64,000 nucleotides of DNA from Dehalococcoidia bacterium. Lineage in GTDB: Bacteria > Chloroflexota > Dehalococcoidia > GIF9 > AB-539-J10. The notes beneath the pieces are model-generated. The model saw only the letters and a list, made by a program, of their open reading frames with translations, made no database searches and had not been told where the DNA came from. The first letter of the stretch is position 1. The number at the start of each line of letters is the position of its first letter. This document shows, one piece after another, positions 57,995-64,000 of this stretch. The translations under genes were made by a program, and so were the position numbers. The stretch lies in NCBI GenBank assembly GCA_021157895.1, contig JAGGVQ010000017.1, positions 32,395 to 96,394 on the forward strand. Direction: 5' to 3'.

Positions 57995-58756
57995 GTGAAG
58001 AGTGCTATGAAACGAGAAATGTATACTAGGATGCAATTGTGTGATTTTTTGTTCCGACTTAAGGCAAGCTCGGGAAACTATATCACGATATATGTAACTC
58101 CCCTGTCCTTTCCTCGTCTGATAAACGACTCATCCTTTAATAGTAGGGATGCCTTGTATGGAGAGATTATATCTTCAATTAGCATTAAAGCTGTCACTCA
58201 GGAAATCGAGAAGCATGCTACTGGCGCTGTGGTATTCTGGCAGGAACAGGGTCACAGGCATATAGTAGTGCCACCATTTCCCATTACCGTGGAAGAAAGC
58301 ATAACTGGAGATGTTGATGTCTCGTACTTATATGATCTGGTGGGGCGAGGATATTTTATAGGTGTTGTGTTGGTAACCTGGGGCTCTTATGCTATAGGGG
58401 TGTTTGACTACGATAATCTGGTGAAATGGAAGGTGGGCACAGGGCATATCCATAAGAAGCACCGAAAGGGTGGGAGTAGTTCGAAAAGGTTTGCTCGCAG
58501 AACTGAAGAGCAGAAAAAGGACTTTTTACGGAGAGTTGGCAATCGAATTGATGAGAACTTTTCCCAGTACCGCTTGGATTATATTTTCTTTGGAGGCAAC
58601 AGGCTTATTCTTAAGCCGCTAATGGGAGATTCTAAGCACTTAGAATCTGAGAGGCAGAGAATCTTTAGTCGAGTACTGGATGTCCGAAAGGTGGATCGAG
58701 ATTTACTGCATCGTAGTTTGGAGAAGGTGACAGAATCTGTGGTATTTAGTTTTTGA
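57995..58756 (+). CDS. Vms1/ANKZF1-like (VLRF1, release-factor-fold) protein, actinobacterial/chloroflexal type
   Basis: GSYAIGVFD..KVGTGHIHKKHRKGGSSSKRFARRTEEQKKDFL..YIFFGGN matches the VLRF1 core pattern (basic stretch, GG loop, RFxRR). Alternative ATG at 58007. Confidence 0.65.
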   Translation: MKSAMKREMYTRMQLCDFLFRLKASSGNYITIYVTPLSFPRLINDSSFNSRDALYGEIISSISIKAVTQEIEKHATGAVVFWQEQGHRHIVVPPFPITVEESITGDVDVSYLYDLVGRGYFIGVVLVTWGSYAIGVFDYDNLVKWKVGTGHIHKKHRKGGSSSKRFARRTEEQKKDFLRRVGNRIDENFSQYRLDYIFFGGNRLILKPLMGDSKHLESERQRIFSRVLDVRKVDRDLLHRSLEKVTESVVFSF

Positions 58757-58774
58757 TGTGACTAACGTGGTGTT

Positions 58775-59431
58775 ATGGGAAAGGGGTTTGCAGTGAGAAT
58801 AGTACCTTTTGAGCATTATGCAAGGCAGTATGACGACTGGTTTGTCAGGCACAAGTCTATTTATGAGGCAGAGCTTGAGGCTATCCGCCAGTTGTTGCCT
58901 CTATCAGACAATGGTGTTGAAATAGGGGTAGGTAGTGGCAGATTTGCTGCGCCTCTGGATATAAAGATTGGAGTTGAGCCATCCATTAATATGGGAAAGG
59001 TGGCGCGAGGTAGGGGGATAGAGGTTGTCCAGGGTGTGGCTGAAGCATTGCCATTCCGTAACTGTATGTTTGACTATGCTTTGTTGGTTACTACCATATG
59101 TTTCGTTGATGATCTTGAGCTTTCCCTGAATGAGAGTTATCGTATCTTGAAATCTGGAGCTTATATCATCATTGCCTTTATTGATATGACTAGCCCTGTA
59201 GGACAATTATATGATAAGCATAAGCAGAGCAGTGAATTTTACCGGGTAGCGGTTTTTCGCTCGATACCGGAAGTTATTTCTGCCCTTCAGAGAATAGGGT
59301 TTGGGGGAATGGTGTTTAGTCAGGCTATTTTTCATCCCTCTGGTGGTCAAGATAAGGCGGCTACAGTAAAGCGAGGATATGGTGAAGGATCTTTTGTGGT
59401 GGTCAGGGCAACGAAAGAGGAAGTATGGTAG
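58775..59431 (+). CDS. Class I SAM-dependent methyltransferase
   Basis: VEIGVGSGRF motif I. 19 nt downstream of the VLRF1-like gene. Confidence 0.7.
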   Translation: MGKGFAVRIVPFEHYARQYDDWFVRHKSIYEAELEAIRQLLPLSDNGVEIGVGSGRFAAPLDIKIGVEPSINMGKVARGRGIEVVQGVAEALPFRNCMFDYALLVTTICFVDDLELSLNESYRILKSGAYIIIAFIDMTSPVGQLYDKHKQSSEFYRVAVFRSIPEVISALQRIGFGGMVFSQAIFHPSGGQDKAATVKRGYGEGSFVVVRATKEEVW

Positions 59432-59481
59432 CCCTGAAAGAAATTTGTTTGTTCCTGGGGTAAAAGCACTACTAACGCTGA

Positions 59482-59943
59482 CTAGCGTTGATATAGGCCG
59501 ATGAGTTGTGCTTTGGTAAGGATGTGTCCATTCATGGCTTCAAGCACTTGTTCTTTAGATGCCCCAGCATTTAACTCCAGCGATTTATCCAGTGCATACA
59601 GGCTAAAATGGTATCGGTGCACAGGGCCACGTGGGGGGCAGGGTCCACCATAACCAATTCTGCCAAAATCAGTCATTCCCTGGATGGCGCCGTTACTCAA
59701 CTGTTTCTTTCTGGAGGTGGCTTCCAAAAGTTCATGAGCGCTGGCAGGGATATTGAATATAACCCAGTGTGTGAATACTTTACCCGGGGCATCTGGGTCA
59801 TCCACTATTAGTGTAAAAGTTCTGGTCCCTTCAGGTGAACCGTGCCAGGTGAGCGGTGGCGCTACATCCTTTCCATCGCAGGTATATATACGAGGGATCT
59901 TGCTTCCTGGGGTAAAAGCGGTGCTTGTTAACGATAATGCCAT
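59482..59943 (-). CDS. YbhB/YbcL-family PEBP (Raf-kinase-inhibitor-like) protein
   Basis: LIVDDPDAP, HWVIFNIP and GYGGPCPP motifs. Confidence 0.85.
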   Translation of the reverse strand: MALSLTSTAFTPGSKIPRIYTCDGKDVAPPLTWHGSPEGTRTFTLIVDDPDAPGKVFTHWVIFNIPASAHELLEATSRKKQLSNGAIQGMTDFGRIGYGGPCPPRGPVHRYHFSLYALDKSLELNAGASKEQVLEAMNGHILTKAQLIGLYQR

Positions 59944-59956
59944 CTTCAGGTTTCTT

Positions 59957-60032
59957 TGGTGGAGCTGATGGGATTCGAACCCACTACCTCCTCAATGCCA
60001 TTGAGGCGCTCTCCCTGTTGAGCTACAGCCCC
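59957..60032 (-). tRNA. tRNA-Ala (anticodon GGC), CCA encoded
   Basis: Hand-folded cloverleaf: acceptor GGGGCUG/CAGCUCC with the G3:U70 identity pair; anticodon loop AUGGCAU; T-loop UUCGAAU. 76 nt. Confidence 0.9.
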
Positions 60033-60076
60033 ACTTCCTTTCACAATATAGCAAAAAAGGCCCTGCAAGCTCAAGC

Positions 60077-60646
60077 TTACAGACTTATGCCGAACCAATC
60101 CAGCACAAAGCGCAGACCGAAATATCCCATGTATGCTAGTGTTAGCCCCTTAATGGTCCTCCCGGCCCAAGTGAGGAGGAAGAACTTGAGTAAGCCAAAG
60201 TGAAGCGTACCAAGGAATACCGCAAAGGGGTAGAAGGTTGGGTTAAATACGGAAGACATAAAGAAAACTACCTTGGAGCCATGGTTGTGTATCATGTTGG
60301 TGAAGCGAGTATAGAGATTGTTGTTGAGATATCGCGTGAGGCTGTTGCCTCCATAGCCTATGAGATAAGCAAAGATGCTTCCTATCGCTTCGCCGAAGCC
60401 AGCGATAGCCCCAACGATGATGGGATTTAGCAATCCTCCCATGGTAAATATCACAGGGAGGCCGGGAATAGGCACCCCTATAGTTGACCCAGCTAATACG
60501 CTGATGATAAAGCAACCAGCGTAACCGTAGCTCTCTACCTGTAACAGGGAATTCCGGTAGTAAATAACGACAATGCAAAGGGTAATAGTCACAGCTAAGG
60601 ATAACCCGCCTACCCAGGCTTCCCTTTTCGTTGGTTTTTCTTTCAC
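60077..60646 (-). CDS. DedA/YqaA-like (VTT-domain) membrane protein
   Basis: Multi-TM, 189 aa, GEAIGSIFAYLIGYGG-type motif. GTG start lies 8 nt after a TATAAT, so the start is uncertain. Confidence 0.55.
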   Translation of the reverse strand: MKEKPTKREAWVGGLSLAVTITLCIVVIYYRNSLLQVESYGYAGCFIISVLAGSTIGVPIPGLPVIFTMGGLLNPIIVGAIAGFGEAIGSIFAYLIGYGGNSLTRYLNNNLYTRFTNMIHNHGSKVVFFMSSVFNPTFYPFAVFLGTLHFGLLKFFLLTWAGRTIKGLTLAYMGYFGLRFVLDWFGISL

Positions 60647-60684
60647 TGGAGACTATTATACTGAACTGGAATTTGCCTATTTGA

Positions 60685-63108
60685 TTAACTCGTTGGCTTG
60701 CTTGGGGAAAAGCTCAGGTTGTTATCCTGCACATCAATGATTATGGTGACTCCTTCCTTGAACTTGCCCTGTAGTATTCCGGTTGAAATAGGGTTTTCTA
60801 TATATCTCTGCACCACTCGCCGTAGTGGCCGAGCTCCATATATGGGGTCATATCCTTTTTTTGCCAGCCAAGCTTTAGCTTTGGCGCTAAGCTCGAGACT
60901 CAGATTCCTCTCAGCCAAGCGTTGTACTACGTCTTTGATGATGAGATCGACGATCTTTTCGAGATTCTCCTGGGTCAGGGGGTGGAATATCAGCACATCA
61001 TCTATTCTATTTAGCAACTCGGGGCGGAAGGCTTGCTTAAGCGCTGTCTCTACAGATTTTCTCATTCGCTGTTCGTCAGTTTCGTCTTTGCGATGAAAAC
61101 CAACCTCTTGGTGTTGTAGATCCTCTGTTCCTAAATTGCTGGTCATTATCACTATGGTGTTTTTGAAATCTACTGTTCTGCCATGGCCATCGGTAAGCCT
61201 GCCGTCCTCTAGCAGTTGCAATAAGATGCTAAATACCTCAGGATGAGCCTTTTCCACCTCGTCGAAGAGGATAACCCTGTAAGGTCTACGTCGGACAGCT
61301 TCGGTTAGCTGGCCACCTTCCTCGTACCCGACATAGCCGGGAGGGGCACCGATAAGGCGGGATACGGAATATTTTTCCATGTACTCCGACATATCTAGCC
61401 TCACCATAGCATTTTCATCATTGAACAAGAAGCGTGCCAAGGATCTTGCCAGTTCTGTTTTACCGACTCCGGTGGGTCCCAGGAATATAAAACTGCCAAT
61501 GGGGCGTTGGGGATCTTTAAGCCCGGTCCGGCTCCGTCTGATGGCTTCTGATACAGCTCGTACTGCCTCTTCTTGATCTATCAGCTGTTCGTGTAGCCTT
61601 TCCTCCATATGGACCAACTTATCGCTTTCGGTTTCCAACATTTGAGATGCAGGTATACCTGTCCATTGAGATACTAGCTGGGCAACATCGTCCTCATCTA
61701 CAGTGCTATCTATTTTGTCTTTCTGTTGCCATTCATGCCTGGCATTGTTGTATTCCTGCTCCAGACGCAGCCTCTCAGATTTCAATTCGGCAGCTTGCTG
61801 GTAATCACCTCGCTGAGAAGTGGCCTCTTCTTTGTCGAGCAGACGTTTGATGTTCCGATCCAGTGCTTTCACCTTGTCTGGTGCGCTTTCCATATCGATA
61901 CGGAGTTTGCTGGCAGCTTCGTCAATTAAATCAACCGCTTTATCAGGAAGAGATCTACCGGATATGTATCTTTGTGATAGCTTAGCAGCAGCGATAAGGG
62001 CGGAATCATCTATCTTTATTTTGTGGTGAGCTTCGTAGCGAGGGCGAAGCTCCTTGAGCATTTCTACAGTAGTCTCGACATCAGGCTCTCCAACGAACAC
62101 TGGTTGAAATCGTCTCTCCAGTGCAGCATCCTTTTCGATGTGCTTGCGGTATTCGTCGAGAGTTGTAGCTCCAATACACTGGAGTTCGCCACGGGCCAGC
62201 GCAGGCTTAAGGAGATTGCTGGCATCCATAGCCCCTTCAGCAGCACCAGCTCCTACTACGGTGTGGAGTTCATCAATGAATAGGATTATCTCTCCACTTG
62301 CCTGGCGAATTTCATCCAGTACCGCCTTCAGTCTCTCCTCAAATTCTCCCCGAAACTTACTACCTGCTACTAGAGACCCCATGTCCAGTGCAATTACCTT
62401 TTTGCCCTTGAGGGAATCAGGTGTATCCGCAGAAGCTACTTTTTGAGCTAGCCCTTCAGCAATGGCGGTTTTACCCACACCAGCCTCACCAATGAGTACG
62501 GGGTTGTTTTTGGTGCGTCGCGAAAGTATTTGTATTACACGTTTAATTTCCTGCTCCCTGCCAATTACTGGGTCGAGCTTCCCGTGGGAAGCCATATCTG
62601 TGAGGTCGTGTCCGTATTTCTGCAGAGAGCGATATTTGCTTTCTGCTTGGCGGTCGGTCACGCGGTGGGTACCGCGAATCCTTTGCAGTGCTTGGTAGAT
62701 TCGCTCTTGATTAACGCCAGACTGGTTTAGTATTGCAGATGCTTCTCCCTTTTCCTCGCCAGCGATGGCGATGAGTAAGTGCTCGGTGCTGATATATTCA
62801 TCTTTTAATCGATCTGCTTCACGTCGGGCATTTTCCATTAAATGAGTGATACGAGGAGTCATGTATATTTGCGTTACCTCATAAGTTATCTGTGGGAGTT
62901 TTTTTAAGGCCTCCCTTAACTTATTTTTTATTAGGTCAGGGTTTACTCCTAATTCATGCAGTATCTCGCTGGTTATACCTTTGTCCTGTTCCAGTGAAGC
63001 CAGTAAAATATGTTCCACATCCCATTGGTTATGATGGTATTGCTGAACCAGTTGTTGGGATATGGCTAATACCTCTTGTGCTTGCTCGGTAAATTTTTCT
63101 GGCTGCAT
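60685..63108 (-). CDS. clpC: Class III AAA+ chaperone ClpC-type (ClpB/ClpC family)
   Basis: Double Clp-N repeat. Two Walker A motifs ([16 protein letters not shown]). Short middle domain with a UVR-like helix. VGF ClpP-docking tripeptide. Confidence 0.8.
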   Translation of the reverse strand: MQPEKFTEQAQEVLAISQQLVQQYHHNQWDVEHILLASLEQDKGITSEILHELGVNPDLIKNKLREALKKLPQITYEVTQIYMTPRITHLMENARREADRLKDEYISTEHLLIAIAGEEKGEASAILNQSGVNQERIYQALQRIRGTHRVTDRQAESKYRSLQKYGHDLTDMASHGKLDPVIGREQEIKRVIQILSRRTKNNPVLIGEAGVGKTAIAEGLAQKVASADTPDSLKGKKVIALDMGSLVAGSKFRGEFEERLKAVLDEIRQASGEIILFIDELHTVVGAGAAEGAMDASNLLKPALARGELQCIGATTLDEYRKHIEKDAALERRFQPVFVGEPDVETTVEMLKELRPRYEAHHKIKIDDSALIAAAKLSQRYISGRSLPDKAVDLIDEAASKLRIDMESAPDKVKALDRNIKRLLDKEEATSQRGDYQQAAELKSERLRLEQEYNNARHEWQQKDKIDSTVDEDDVAQLVSQWTGIPASQMLETESDKLVHMEERLHEQLIDQEEAVRAVSEAIRRSRTGLKDPQRPIGSFIFLGPTGVGKTELARSLARFLFNDENAMVRLDMSEYMEKYSVSRLIGAPPGYVGYEEGGQLTEAVRRRPYRVILFDEVEKAHPEVFSILLQLLEDGRLTDGHGRTVDFKNTIVIMTSNLGTEDLQHQEVGFHRKDETDEQRMRKSVETALKQAFRPELLNRIDDVLIFHPLTQENLEKIVDLIIKDVVQRLAERNLSLELSAKAKAWLAKKGYDPIYGARPLRRVVQRYIENPISTGILQGKFKEGVTIIIDVQDNNLSFSPSKPTS

Positions 63109-63377
63109 GGTCTATCTCTCCTTTCCCGTTATTCTACCATATGGGAGCCTTCTTGGTTGGTGTAGTAGGTATAGAGCTAATTCAAGATAGTTATGATGCT
63201 GCTATTAAGCAAAAAGGCATTTGCCATATTGATAAGGTGAAACTGTGGGTTGATATAAATAAGTGGTGATTTCTACAACTTATGTCGGAAGTGGTCGTTG
63301 GGGGCACTTGTCTGAATTTCAGGGCCGCACCGAGCGAAAGTTGCCGTAGAGAAAGCCGAGGGTTATACTAGGAGGTT

Positions 63378-64000
63378 ATGAAAACCAAGCGGGATTACTA
63401 TGATGTGCTGGGTATATCGCGGCATGCCAGCCAAGATGATATCAAGCAGGCATTTCGTCACCTAGCCTTACGATATCATCCTGATCGTAATCATGAACCT
63501 CAAGCGGAGGATAAGTTTAAGGAGATTAACGAGGCCTACCAGGTTCTCTCCAATCCCCAGAGTAGGGATAGCTATGACCGTTATGGCCAGGTGTTTACTG
63601 GTGGTATGGAAGACTTTCCTGGTTTTGGTGGTTTTGGCGATATATTCGAATCATTTTTTGGTGGTTTTGGTGCTGCTAGAACTGCTCCGCAGCAGGGGGA
63701 TAGTTTAAGGACGCATGTCTCTCTCTCCTTTGAGGAAGCAGTTTTTGGCTGTAGAAAAGAAGTTCCAGTACAACGTGTTGAAGTTTGCCCTGTATGCCAT
63801 GGCACAGGTGGCGAGCCAGGAATAAAACCTCAAACGTGTCCTGTATGCCACGGTGCTGGTCGTGTCAGGAAAGTGAGGCAGAGTTTTTTTGGCAGTTTCA
63901 CCAATGAAACTATTTGTTCTCGCTGTGGAGGCAAAGGATCTATTATAACTAATCCCTGCAAGCGGTGTCATGGAGAAGGCAGAATTGAAGTAGAACGTAA
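63378..64000 (+). CDS. dnaJ: Chaperone DnaJ (3' end beyond the window)
   Basis: Not in the ORF track because it has no stop in the window. My translation: MKTKRDYYDVLGISRHASQDDIKQAFRHLALRYHPDRN, a G/F region, then CxxCxGxG repeats. AGGAGG SD. Confidence 0.9.
   Translation, partial: MKTKRDYYDVLGISRHASQDDIKQAFRHLALRYHPDRNHEPQAEDKFKEINEAYQVLSNPQSRDSYDRYGQVFTGGMEDFPGFGGFGDIFESFFGGFGAARTAPQQGDSLRTHVSLSFEEAVFGCRKEVPVQRVEVCPVCHGTGGEPGIKPQTCPVCHGAGRVRKVRQSFFGSFTNETICSRCGGKGSIITNPCKRCHGEGRIEVER

Noticed and set aside
114-62730. Many 60-150 aa ORFs in the track lie antisense to or nested in conserved genes. Examples: 114..353, 3182..3622, 8238..8495, 18745..19182, 20541..20915, 29545..29922, 49487..49957, 61379..62698.
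   Set aside because: Each lies wholly inside a gene with strong family motifs on the other strand or frame. They have low-complexity or Cys/Ser/Arg-biased products and no SD. They are treated as shadow ORFs.
63109-63377. Heat-shock operators (CIRCE, HAIR, CtsR box) in the divergent clpC-dnaJ intergenic region.
   Set aside because: I found no convincing match to TTAGCACTC-N9-GAGTGCTAA, CTTGAGT-N7-ACTCAAG or GGTCAAA repeats. Only weak TTGATA/GATATA promoter-like hexamers are present.
1-64000. Searched by eye for CRISPR arrays, IS elements, integrases next to the tRNA, prophage genes and long direct or inverted repeats.
   Set aside because: None seen. The tRNA-Ala neighbourhood has no integrase or att-like duplication. 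The window is essentially core genome.

Overview
Dense, mostly housekeeping chromosomal segment with about 65 protein genes and one tRNA-Ala(GGC). I saw no rRNA, CRISPR array, integrase or transposase. All family calls were made by eye from motifs in the supplied translations; no database search was run.

Gene content:
- Purine and lysine metabolism: purH-purM-purF, purA, dapB-asd-dapA.
- Translation and transcription: rpsO-pnp, nusA-ylxR-infB-rbfA, trmD-rplS, leuS.
- Replication: dnaN-priA.
- Type II fatty-acid/phospholipid operon: hotdog pair-plsX-acpP-fabF-fabG.
- Nucleotide operon: nrdR-nrdJ plus an unusual HPRT fusion.
- Others: rsmD-coaD, proC, clpC and a 3'-truncated dnaJ.

The division cluster is reduced to mraZ-rsmH-ftsA-ftsZ, with no mur, ftsI or ftsW genes. 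That reduction, an actinobacterial/chloroflexal-type VLRF1 protein and the moderate GC content fit a Dehalococcoidia-like (Chloroflexota) genome. This is inference, not proof.

No classical defence island or mobile element is visible. The loci most worth follow-up:
1. A GAF + PD-(D/E)xK-like + hypoxanthine phosphoribosyltransferase fusion co-transcribed with nrdR-nrdJ behind a perfect NrdR box.
2. A bacterial Vms1/ANKZF1-like (VLRF1) protein with a Gln-less GG loop, coupled to a methyltransferase.
3. A myo-inositol-1-phosphate synthase / GT4 / radical SAM / CDP-alcohol phosphatidyltransferase string.
4. A surface repeat protein whose signal-peptide exon is separated from the body by an in-frame UGA.
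5. An intrinsic terminator sitting in the nusA leader.

I cannot show that any of these is a truly undescribed system; several are only unusual architectures.
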